From the human T2T-CHM13v2.0 reference genome, Homo sapiens: DNA of 64,000 bases. Below the pieces are notes generated by a model. The model saw nothing but the letters and a program-made list of their open reading frames with translations, searched no databases and was not told the origin of the DNA. Both the position numbers and the translations under genes were made by a program. The stretch is from the NCBI RefSeq assembly GCF_009914755.1, contig NC_060947.1, one strand, 5' to 3'. Shown here in pieces: positions 45,780-62,158 of this stretch (its first letter is position 1; each line of letters begins with the position of its first letter).

Positions 45780-47040
45780 CAGTTCAGCCTATAAGAAACT
45801 TGAAGTGTCTCTTCCATTGACACAAACAAGTAAAAAGCTGAATAAATTGAAAAAAAAAAAAAAACTTTTCTCAGATTTGCTTAGAGAACTGAGACCACAG
45901 GGCAAACTACCAGACCAAAGCTAAAGAAACAGGCAAAATACAGTCACACCTTGGAGATAAGAAGTCCAGGAGCTGAATACCCAAGAACAAGTATCAAGAT
46001 GGGAAAACCTCATCTCTACGAGATGAATGGCTGGAGGCTCACTATTGGCAAGTTTGAGAGCTCTTGGGGGAACCATGTTAAGGGGACTACCACTGTTTCC
46101 AACATCTTCTCTCTAGGAGCCCTGTCAGGTTTTCTCAGTGAAGACCAGGGAAAAATCTCTTCCTACTTCCTGTAAGGAGTTTGGAAAGAATTAATTAGAA
46201 AATATGCCCAGAGTGTTCTGTTCTTCTTACCAAGGCCTGAACTCAAGAGAAACTATTTTTCCAGAGTCTAACTTGCTGGGTTTTTTCTAGACTTTAACCA
46301 ACCTGTGGGAAGGGAAATATCCAATTACAACACCATCCAGCCTTTTGTGTCTTCAAGGGGAAAACAAAACTGAGAAGCACCAGTGAAACCTACAGCCCAG
46401 GCACACTGATTCAAGCCTAACACCTAGTCATAGGAGGACAGAACATTTTCCCTCCCTCCACAGCTCACTGCCACATCAATAGGGCAATGAAACTGAAAGA
46501 ACAGTACATGTCAGACCATAATGAACAAGTATCCAAGGAAAACCAAACACAACCAAGGAGGAAAAATGAAGGACACAAAAGGGAGGTTTAGCTTCTGACA
46601 CCTACAGCTACAGCAAACAGTAAACACAGCCAGATGAACACAAAGTCTCGCACTAAATGCCTATTTAACTCCATTCTTTTTATCTATTCCATTACATCAA
46701 GTTTGCAACAAAAAATTTCAAACCATAATACACAAGAAATGCAGTGTGAAGAGAAAGAGCAGTCATTAGAAACAGACTCATATATGGTAAAGATATTGGA
46801 ATGATCTGACTGGGAATTTGAAACAACTGTGAGGAATGTGCTGAGGGCTATAAGGAAACAGAAGATAATGTGCAAGAACAGATAAGTAATATCAGCAGAA
46901 GGATGGAAACTGTAAGAGTCAAAAGGAAATGCTAAAAATGAAAAATATCACAGCTAGAATGAAGAATGACTTTGATGAGCTGAACAGTAGAATGGACAGA
47001 GCAAAGGACACACTCAGTGAATCTGAAGAAATGGCAAGAG
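45780..47040 (+). mobile_element. Old L1M (L1MC/MD-like) 5' end and ORF1 start, copy A
   Basis: acagtaaacacagcc...gaaacagactcatatatgg...ggaatttgaaacaactgtg resembles L1M ORF1; paralog at ~51620-52900. Confidence 0.65.
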
Positions 47041-49900
47041 CAACTTCCCACTTTTATTGCCATCACATGGAAATATTATTATTGTATATTGGGCTTCTAT
47101 CTTGTGAGCTTGCTGCACTCACTTATTTGAGAAGCTTTTGTGCAGTTTCCTTGGGATTTTCTGCATAGACAGGCATGTCTTCCAAGGTTAGAAACAATGT
47201 TGTATAATATGTTCCATTCTGGGTCCCTCTTATTTATATTTCTTGTTTGATTTCACTGGTAAGAATCCCACTACAATGCTAAATAGGAGTAGTGAGAGGG
47301 GAAACCCTTTTCTTGTTTCTGTTCTTAGGAGAAGGCATTCAGTCTTTCACTGCAAACTTTGATATTTGCTCTAGGTTTCCTGGTTCTTGAGATTCAGCTC
47401 TGAAAGTAGAGAGTGGGTTTTTGAAGCCACATGGATATTTGCAGTAGGATTTTAATGAGGTTCTTATCCAAAGGTGGAGACTGAACAGGCAAAGAGATGG
47501 ATGGTGCTCAGAACATCCACCCCCTCATAAGAAGTAGAAGAGAAGCAGCCATCTCCTAAAGCTGAATTCTTACCAAACCTGGGCTTCTCCCAGAGGTGAA
47601 AAAATGGTTATTTGGTGGACATACCAACTAGAATTTGAAAAGAATAATTAACCAGCCTTCCACTGCCTCCTGTCTGGCATCTGCCTCTAGGAACATGCTG
47701 GCTTTCAGTGTGACTAGTGGCACCTGTACATGTGTTCAGGTAAGAACAGTCATATGGAGGGTAGCAGAGATGATGGGTAAGATTCTGCCCCTGCATCAGA
47801 TGGAAGGAGGAAATCTTCAGCTTCCCGAGATGATAGATGGTGTTGCAAAGGGAAGTGCAGAAAATGCTATGGAGTGTAGAAGGTGAACTCTCCATGCTGA
47901 CCTTACAGGATCCTCTTCAAATTTGATGGATTAATGCATTTGATAGCATCTGTCACATAGTAGGCACTTAAAAATTCAGACAATTTTAAGGCAAATCTGG
48001 TTTTCTCACAAGTTTCTCTAAAAATGGAGTGCTGTCGTCATAAAAAAGTAGTTTCCATATAGTGTCCTTTACTTCTAGCTGTGTTGAAAGCCATTACTTC
48101 TCCACCACGTTTTAAAAATTTTTCTCAGATTGACATCAGACATTTCAGCTTGTGTGATCTATTTAAAGAAATAATTTTTGGTTCCATCAACATCATTTAC
48201 TGTTTTTTGGAAACTTCTGAAATTTCTATTTCATTAATTGTTCTCTCCTTATTTATATCATCCACATATTTTTGTTTGCCTTTGGCTTTCTTTTCTTTTT
48301 CTAATTATGTAAGATCAAAGTTTAGATTTTTTATTTTAGTCCTTTGTTACTTTCTAATATAAGCTTTTAATGACAATGTTTCTTCTAGCCACTCGCTTAG
48401 CTGAATTCCACAAAATTTAAAACATATTTCCATTTTCATTTATTTGAAAATATTTTCTAATTTTCTTCAAGAATTTTTTTAAAACATAGATCAGTAAATA
48501 TATGTGGTTCATTTACATGGGGACTTTACAGATATCTCCTTTATTATATTTTATTTTTTATTCCATTCTAGATTTTTAAAATACACTTTGTACATTTTCA
48601 ATTATTTTAAATTCATTATGGGCTCATTTAGGGTCTACTTTGGTGAAAATTCCGCATACACTTGAAAACCTTGTATATCCTGCTGCTGTGCTGTGGAGTG
48701 TGCAATAAAAATCAATCAGCTCAAGTTGGTTCATTTTGTTCTTCCATTCCTTCTACAACTTTGCAGAATTTCTGTCTACTTCTTCCATCATTACTTAGAA
48801 AGGAGCATTGCCATCTCCAAATATAACTGCAGATTTAACTACTTATCCTTTAAGTTCTATTAAATGTTGTTTTGTGTATTTTGAAGCTCTGCTTTTAAGT
48901 AAATTAACAGGACTATTGTGTCTTCTTTGTTAATTGACTTTTTTATCATTGCATAATGTCTCTATCCATGGTAATTTTCCTTCTTATAAAGTCAAAAAAA
49001 ATTATATAATATAGTCACTGCAGCTTACTTTTTAATTTTTTTCTTTAAGTTATCAAACAGTAAATTTTTGGTTTTTTTTTTGGCTTTTGGTGTTCTGTTC
49101 TGTGGGCTTTAGCTCATATGTAGATTCATAAAACCACCACCATAATCACGATAGTAACACTTTCATCACCCTCCTCCCCCCAAAATCCCCTCCACCTACT
49201 AAACCTTTATAGTTATACCCACCCCTTCACACGTAACCCTGGCAACCACTCATCTGTACTTTGTCATTTCATTTTTCTCTTTCAAGAATATAAGGTAAAT
49301 AGAATAATAGAATATGTAACTTGTTGAGACTGGCTCCTTTCATAGAGCAAGACACCTTTGAGTTTGATATACTACACATTGTTGTGTATCAATAGTTCAT
49401 TTCTTTCTATTGCTGAGTGGTATTTCATAGTATGGATGCACCAAAATTTCATTTTCCATTTACCCATGGAAATATATTTGAGTAATTTCCAGATTTTGGC
49501 AAATATGACCAGAAATGTTATAAACATTCATGTATGTAAGCTTTTGTGTGAACATAAGCTTTTCTTTTTTCCTTGGGTGGGATTGCTAAGTGTGTTGATA
49601 TGACATTTGGAAATCATTTTCCATAGTGGTTGTATCATAATTCCCACTAGCAATGTATGAGATTTCAAGTTGTTCTTCATCCTTGTTAGCACTTAGCAAT
49701 TTTTTTAAAAAAAGTTTCAGTCATTTTCAAATAAGTATTATGGTATCTCATCATGGTTTAATTTGCATTTCCCTAACAGAGGTGATGTAGAATGATTTTT
49801 CATGTGCTTATTTGTCATGCATATGTTCACTTCAGTGAAGTGTCTATTGATATCTTTTGGCGCCCCTCTTCCCCCCACAAAAAAAAAATTTGGTTGGTTG

Positions 49901-50350
49901 TGTTAAATGAATTCATGGGAGACAATTGTTTTGGACTAAGCTCCATTGATAGGCAACAGCAGAACAGACGAAACCAGAATGGAATCACTCATCCTAATTG
50001 CCATATAATCAAAATGAAATTTGAAATGGGCCAGTTTTCCAAAAATTAAAAAGAAACAGGAGAGTCACAGCATCCAATGACAAAGAGCCCAGTGTGCTCG
50101 AGCAGGCATGGAAAGAAAGTTTTCTCCACTTTTATCATATAAGGAAATCAACTTCAAAATGACCAGTCAACTTTTTGTCCCTTGTTTCTACTTTTCTTCA
50201 GCCCTTTCCTGCATATAAAGTCAACCTCTTCTGCTTAGCTCATCAGAACACCCACTCTATTTGATAGAATTAGCAGTTGCACATTCTAGAATCACAAATA
50301 AAAGCCAATTAGATAATTGAGCTAAATATAGTGTAATTTGTCTTGTGACA
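49901..50350 (+). mobile_element. MER34-like solo LTR (intact)
   Basis: TG...CA termini; tgttttggactaagctcc...ggaatcactcatccta; AATAAA near 50297. Confidence 0.8.
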
Positions 50351-50737
50351 CGTATTTTCTAATTTTTGAGGTATTAGGACTCTTTATATAATCTTCATAA
50401 AAGACCATATGATTTGCAAATATTTGTCCAATCTCTTGGTTGACTTTACATGCTCTCATCAGAGTTTTTCACAGAGCAAAAGTTTTAATTATGAGGAGGC
50501 CCAATTTATCATATTTTCCTTTATGAATTATGCTATTAGTGTCATGTTTAAGACCTCTTTGCCTAACTTCAGACCATTAATATTTCCTCCCATGTTTTCC
50601 TTAAAGGTTTTAAAGTATTTACACATAACATTTAGATTTATGATCAACTTTGAGTTAATTTTTGTATAATGTGTGAGGTTTTGGTGAAAGTTTTTTTTTT
50701 TAAATAGTTGGATGTTCAATTGTTCCAATACAACTGA

Positions 50738-51178
<441 letters not shown>

Positions 51179-54098
51179 TAGCCAATTCCATACTGTCTTG
51201 ATTACCATAGGCTTATATCAGATTTTAAAATTGGGTAGTATGATTTCCCTATTATTCTGTGTTTTCAAAATTGTTTTACCTATTCCAGCTCCACTGCATT
51301 TCCACACACTTGTTAAATCAGCTTGTCTACATCTAGAAAAAAATCCTGCTGCTGCTTTGACCACAGTTTGTCTGAACCTATAGATCACTTTTGTATAGAT
51401 GATACATCTTCACTGAGTCTTCTAGTCCATGAACACAGTATGTCCATTTATTATTTGGGCCTTCTTTGAAATTTTTTTCATCAGCATTTTGTAGTTTCAA
51501 CGTCCCGATAATGTACATATTTTGTTAGATATGTACCAAAGCATTTAATTTTTTAATTCTCTTAAAACTGATATTTTTCTAAATGTTTTTTTTCCATCTT
51601 TATTGTCCATTCTTGTTTTCAGTTGGGCATGTAAGGAGCTTGAAGTCTCTCTGTTATTGACACAAACAAGAGAAAAGCTGAATAAATTGAAAAACAACTT
51701 TTCTTTGATCCCTCAGAGAACTGAGACCATAGGGCAAACTGCTGCCCCAAAGTTCAAGAGACATACAGATACAGTCACAACCCTGGAGACCAGGAGCTAA
51801 ATACCCAGGAACAAGTACTAGGATAGGCAAACCTCCTCTGCACAAGATGAATGGCTGGAGGCTCAGCATAGGTAAATTTGATAGCTAACAACTCCTGGGG
51901 GCGTAATCTTAATGGGGCTAACACATTTTTGGGAGTTTTATCTCCAGGAGCCCTATCGGGTTGTCCCAGTAAAGACCGGAGACAAATCCCTCCCTACTTC
52001 CTGTAGGGGGAGTGGAAAGCAGTCATTTGCAAATATGCCCAGAGTGTTCTGTTTTTCTTAACTAGACCGATCTCAAGAGAAACTCTTTTTCTACAGTTTA
52101 ACCTATTGAGTTTTTTCAGACTCGAATCCACCCAGAGTAAGGGAAATATCCAATTACAACACTCTCCAGCCTTCTTGTATCTCTAAGGGGAAAAGAAAAC
52201 AAAACTGAGAAGCACTAGTGAAAGCTACAGCTCAGGGCATACTGACTCAAGCCTTCTATCATAGGAGGATAGACAGTTTCTCCTCTCTCCACAGCTTACT
52301 ACCACGTCAACTGGGGGAAAAATACTGAAAGAACTGTGCATGCTAGACCATACTGAACAGGTTCCCACAGAAAACCAAACACAACCAAGGAGGAAAAATG
52401 AAGGACATCACAGGGAGGTTTAGCCTCTGACACCTACAGCTACAGCAAACAGTAAACACAGCCAGATGAAGGTAAACCTCACACTAAAGGCCTATTTAAC
52501 TCCATTCTTTTCACCCACTACATCATGTCAAGTTTGTAACAAAAAATTTCAAAGTATAATAATAGAACAACAACAAAAAAAAAACCACACACAACCATAG
52601 TGTGAAGATACAGAGCAGGCATCAGAAACAGGCTCAGATATGGTAGAGATTTTGGAATGATCTGACCAGGAATTTAAAACCATGAGGAATATGCTCTGTG
52701 CTCTAAGGAAACAGTGGATAATATGCAAGAACAAATAAGTAATATTAGCAGAAAGATGGAAACTCATTAAGAAAGAGTCAAAAGGAAATGCTAAAAATAA
52801 AAACAAGGTAACAGAAATGAAGAATACCTTTCATGGGTTCATCAGTAGACTGGACAGAGCCAAGGACACATTCAGTGAGCCTGAGGAAACGCAAGAGCAA
52901 CTTTCCATTTTTAGTGCCATTATATCTATCTTGCGACCTTGCTTGCACTCACTTATTAGTTCTAGGAGTTCTTGTGCAGTTTCCTTGGGATTTTCTTCAT
53001 AGACAGTCATGTCTTGTGAGGCTACAATGTTATATAATCCATTCCATTCTGAATGCCTCCTATTTTTCTTTATTTATTCCACTGATAAGAATCCCACTGC
53101 ATTGCTGAATAGGTTCCTTTAAACTTCTAGCTTTCTCAGAGTTTTTATTACGATTATATTGTACTTCCTCAAATGCTGTTTTCTGCTTCAATTAAGATTA
53201 TCATAAATTTTATAGTCTATTTATATGGTAGATGGCACTGATAAATTATCAAATATTGAACAAAACTTGCATTCCCCAGATAAAACTCACTGTTTAGATA
53301 TGGCTGAATTCTACTTGCTAATATTTTCTTTGAGATTTTTGCATCGATGTTTATGAAGCATATTGGCCTCGAGTATGTTCATTTCTTTGTATTTCCTAGT
53401 TTGTTTGCTTATACTGTCAGCCTGGTGATATTACGATGATGTTAACCTGATGATTCTGGAAACATTCATTTTTCATCTATTTTATGAAAGAGGGTATAAA
53501 AATTAGTGTTGCTTTTTCTTTAAATATTTGTAAGAAATCTCCAGTGAACCTATCTGGATCTACAGATTTCTTTCTCAGAAAGATTTTTACTATGAAATCA
53601 ATTACTTTAATAGCTAGGATACTATTCAGGTTATCCATTTCACCTAAGGTGAGTTCTGATATTTTGAGTTTGGGGGGAATTTCATTTCATCTTAAGTTTC
53701 ATCTCAGTTCTTGAATTTTTCTGCATAGATTTGTTCTTAGTATTTAATTTTTATCCTTCTCATGTCTGCAGTTTCTGTCATGATATTTCCTGTTTCCATC
53801 ATAACCTTAATAACTTGTGTCTTCTCTCTTTGTCTGGCTGACTTGAGTTCCATCCATTGTCTTGGTCCTTTCAAAAAACCAGGTTCTGGTTTCCCAGATT
53901 TTTTCTATCTCTTTTCTGATTTCAGTGTCAATGATTTCTGTTTCCTGTTTTCTTTCTTTCTGCTTGCTTTGGATAAATCTGTTTACTTCTTTTTCTGTTA
54001 AGGTACAAGCCTGGATTATTTATTTGAGATCTTTGTTTATCTTAATATAAGTATTATGTGGTATAGTTTTCTCTTTAAAAACTGTTTTAGCTGCAACC

Positions 54099-54890
54099 AG
54101 CCATAAAAAAGGATGAGTTCATGTCCTTTGCAGGGACATGGATGAAGCTGGAAACCATCATTCTCAGCAAACTACCACAAGGACAGAAAACCAAACACTG
54201 CATGTTCTCACTCATAGGTGGGAATTGAACAATGAAATCACTTGGACACAGGGTGGGGAACATCACATACCGGGGCCTTTTGGGGGGTAGGGGGCTGGGG
54301 GAGGGATAGCATTAGGAGAAATACCTAATGTAAATGACAAGTTGATAGGTGCAGCAAACCAACATGGCACATGTATACCTATGTATCAAACCTACATGTT
54401 GTGCACATGTACCCTAGAACTTAAAGTATAATACAAGTAAAAAAAGTTAGATGTGGAAATGCATGTTTTTAAAAAAGCTACTTAGGCAGTTGTGGTACAC
54501 AGGCACATGGAAAAGGTGACTCTGAAAATGCTCTGAGAAGCAAAAGAGCCAGTTCTGAGTGTGCTCTGAGGTCATCTATGGAGGGCTCAGGAGGTGTTTT
54601 GGTAGTTCTCAAATAATTTAAACATTTTGTTTATTTATACTTCATAAATTTAAATTGTAGTTTATGATTTTTTCAGTTTCTCTACATTTTTCATAAAAAT
54701 TGCTTTCTTAAAAATGGTTCATGAATCATAAAGTCTATCTGATCATTTAATCTTGACTAATATTTAGTTAACCTGGGGCACTTTGGTCTTCATAAACATG
54801 TTTTTATTTTATATTACTATGGGTTTTTGTTTATAATTTATTGATTTCTATTATGTAATTTTATACCATCACCATAAATCAAAGGCTTAA
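54099..54890 (+). mobile_element. 5'-truncated L1PA (L1PA6-like) plus ~440-bp 3' transduction
   Basis: L1 3' UTR 54099-54445, then non-L1 sequence to 54888 and an A-run; 22-bp TSD aaaaactgt(t/a)ttagctgcaacc at 54077-54098 and 54891-54912. Confidence 0.9.
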
Positions 54891-56004
54891 AAAAACTGTA
54901 TTAGCTGCAACCTACAAGTTGTGATATGTTACTTTTCCATTTTAATTTAGTTCTATGGATTTTTTAATTTCCTTGAGACTATGTTTGACCCTTGGATTGT
55001 TGAAGATTTTGTTGTGTAATTATCCTGCAGTTTGAGAATTTTCTGTTGTACTTAAGCTATTGGTTGTTTTCTAATTTGATGCCATAAAGTTCAAAGAATG
55101 TACTTTTGGTGATTTGAATTTTTTAAAAGTTGTTGTTTGTTCTATGACTGAGGAAATGATCTACCTTGGTGAGTTTTCCATGTGTGCTTTAAAAAATGCA
55201 TATTCAGATGTTGTTGGTACCATGATATTTCTATCCATAGTGTTTGTGAGTCACCCTGGGCCAAGGCTGAGAGCTGAATGATGATCTATCCCTAAATCAT
55301 TTCTCCAGTCCTTGGTAAATATAAAAATTTCTACATGGCACCTTAGGTTGAGACCGGGAATTTCTACTCAATTTAGTGTGTTCCTTTTCTTACATTTGCT
55401 ATTCTTAGTGATCTCCTCCATGCTCACTTGGTCCCAGGTGACTCCCTCTGATCCTCTAGCTAAAACATGGATCTTTCATCTCCTCACACAGCTGTGCATT
55501 TCCCTTGAAAGGGTCTGGCTAGGTAGCCAAGTGGCAGGAGAATAGAGAGAGGAAAATAACAGAAGGGATTCCTCTCACACTAGTTTTTTTCTGACAGCTT
55601 CTTTCATGTTTTTTTCCTTTGGTTTTCTACAGTTGGAATATGATATGCATAGATATATACTTTCAGCATTTATCTTGCTTGATGTTTTGAGATTCCTGAA
55701 TATGTGTTTTCATGTCTGTCATTTATTTGGGGGAAATTATACCCTTTACCACTGCAAGTATTTATTTCGTTCCTTTCTCCTTTTCTTGTTCTTCTGGTAT
55801 TCCAATTATGCACAGTTACACCATGTGTAGTTGTCCCACATTTCTTGAATATTCTGTTCCATCTTTTTCCTTCCTTTTTTCACTTTGAATTCCAGTTTTG
55901 AAAGTTTCTGCTTTCATTTCTTCAGGCTTTTTCCTTGTTTCCTCAGCCATGTCCTATCTACTGAGGAGTTAAATAAGACATTCTTCATTTTTGTTACAAT
56001 GAAT

Positions 56005-56760
56005 TTTTTTATTTTATTTTTCTAATAAAACATTTTTATTGTGGTAAAATACACACAAAATTTATCCTCCTAACAATTTTAAGTATACAGTTCAGTGGTA
56101 ATAAGTACATTCATAATCACCACCATTCATCTCAGGAACTGTTTTCCTCCGGCAAAACTGAAACACTCTACCTGTTAAGTATTACTTCCCCATTCCCTCT
56201 TACCCACAACCTCTGGCAACTACCTTTCTACTTTCTGTCCTTATGAATTTGACCACTCTAAGTACCTCATGTAAGTGGAATCATACAGTACTTTTTTGTG
56301 ACTGACTTTTTTCATTTAGCCTAATGTCCTCAAGGGTCATGCGTGTTGTATTCTATGCCACAGTTACCTACCCTTTTAAGGCTAAATAATATCACCGTGT
56401 GTGTGTGTGTGTATACATATATATACCCTGCAGTTTGAGAATTGTGCATATACATACATATATATCACATTTTTAAATTCATTTTTTAATCAATGGACAC
56501 ATGGGTTGCATCTACATTTTAGCTATTGTGAATATGGCTGCCATAAATATGGATATACAAATATCTCCTTCAGAGTGTTCTTTCAGTAATCCTGGGTATA
56601 TACTCAGAAGTGAAATTGCTGACTCATATGGTAATTCTATTTTATATTTTGTAAGAAATCACATATTGTTTTTCACAACAGTTATATCATTTTACATTCC
56701 AACAACACAAAAGTTCCAGTATCTCTACATCCCTGCCAATACTTGTTATTTCCTGGCTTG
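56005..56760 (-). mobile_element. L1MB-like 3' end
   Basis: tttattgtggtaaaatacac...taagtatacagttcagtgg...cctcatgtaagtggaatcatacagta is an antisense L1MB 3' UTR. Confidence 0.8.
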
Positions 56761-58120
56761 TCATTGTTCAATAGTGGCCCCTTCTAGGCCCTAGGTCCTG
56801 GATGATATTTCTAGGCACAACCTGTGCCAGAAGGGAATCTGCTGCCTTGAAGGGAAGTATCCAGTTCAGGCAGAATCTATCAGCTGCTAACCAAAGATCC
56901 CTTTGACTCTGAATAACCAGCAGTGATTCCCAGGTAGTATGCCATGGGCCTTACATGAGACTCTGAGACATACTGGCTTCAGGTGACACCCAGAACATTG
57001 CCAACTGTGGGAGTTATGGTAAGAGACTCCTTATGCTTGAGGAAAGCAAAGGGAAAAGGGGACTTTCACTTGCACCTTAGGTACCAGCTCAGCCACAGTG
57101 GGGTAGAGTACCAAGCATGCTCTTTGGGTCCCTAGTTCCAGGTCTTGGCACTTGGATGGCATTTTGGGGCCTGCCCTGGGCCAGAGGTGGAGCCACTGCC
57201 CTGAAGGGTACGTTCCAGACATGGCAGAATTCACCACAAGCTGACTAAAGAGCCACTGGGCCTAAGTGAACATCAATGGTAGCCTGTCAGTACTCCCATG
57301 GGCCTATAGAAGTGGTGGCCATGAGATGAGGCTCCTCTGCCTATGGAAAAGGGAGAGATCAGGTAGGACTGTATCTGATGGTTTGATGGCCAGTTCATCC
57401 ACAGCAGAGGAGAATGCAAGGCAGACTTCTGAAGTTTTTTACTCTAGCCCCTAGGTCCTGGACGGCATTAATGGACCAGCCTGGGGCCTGGGGGAGCTCA
57501 CTACCCTAATGGGAAGGATGCAAGCCTGGTCGGCTTCACCACCTGCTGATTGTAGAGCCCTGGGGCCTTGAGTGAACTTAGGTGGTAGCCAGGTAGTGAT
57601 TACAGTGGGCCTTGAGCAAGACTCTGTGCTGTGCTAACTTCAGTTCCGGCCTAAAACAGCCACATGGGTGCTTGTGTCACCTCAACCCCAGCCCTAGGCA
57701 GCTCAGCAGATAGAGAGAGACTCTGTTTGTTTGAGAGAAAGGAAGAGAACAAGTCTCTGCTTGGTAATCCAATGAATTCTTGCAGATCTTATCCAAAACC
57801 ACCTAGGTGTGGTACCTCTATGAGTCTGCAAGAACCACAGCATTACTGTGCTTGGGGTGGCCCCTAATGCAGAAACAGCTTAGATTACAACACCCAAGTC
57901 ATTCTAAATACCTGGAAAGCCTTCCCAAGAAGGAGGGGTATAAATAAGCCCAGACTGTGAAGAATACAATACCTAACTCTTCGTGTCTAAACACAGGCAA
58001 ACATCAATGAGCATCAAGATCATCCAGGAAAATACGACCTCAGCTAATTACCTAAAATGTCTCCCAGTAAAAACAGCCCAGAACCCACTGGCTTCATTGC
58101 TGAATTCTACCAAACATTTA

Positions 58121-61654
<3,534 letters not shown>

Positions 61655-62063
61655 TAAAGAAGACCTAGTTCCAATCCTGGTCAAACCATTTCAAATCAAA
61701 AAGTACGGGAGGAAGGAATACTTCCAAACTCATTCTACAGCCAGTATTACCCTGATACCCAAACCAAAGACACACCAAAATAAGAAAACTACAGGCAAAT
61801 CTCACTGAAGAATATAGATGCAAAAATCCTCAACAAAATATTAGTAAGCCAAATTCAACAACACATTAAAAAGGTCATTCATTATGACCAAGTGAGATTT
61901 ATCCCAGGGGTGCAAGAAATAGTTTAGCATATACAAATAAATCAATGTAATGTATTATATCAACAGAACGAAGGACAAAAACCACATAATCATTTCAACT
62001 GCTGCTGAAAAACCATTTCACAAAATTCAACATCCCGTCATGATTTAAAAAAACACCCCTCAA

Positions 62064-62158
62064 AAGGTGGAGGTTGCAGTGAGCCAAGATCGCACCACTG
62101 CACTCCAGCCTGGCGACAGAGCAAGACTCCATCTCAAAAAACAAACAAACAAACAAAC
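62064..62158 (+). mobile_element. 5'-truncated Alu (AluSc-like 3' end)
   Basis: aggtggaggttgcagtgagccaagatcgcaccactgcactccagcctggcgacagagcaagactccatctc then (AAAC)n. Confidence 0.88.

Noticed and set aside
47635-47886. 83-aa ORF in the duplicated core as a small protein
   Set aside because: Non-ATG start, and the frame is not preserved in copy A (1-nt indel near 35737).
56770-57600. ~330-bp tandem repeats as a novel satellite
   Set aside because: They match the known monomer structure of L1MA/L1M1-type 5' UTRs.
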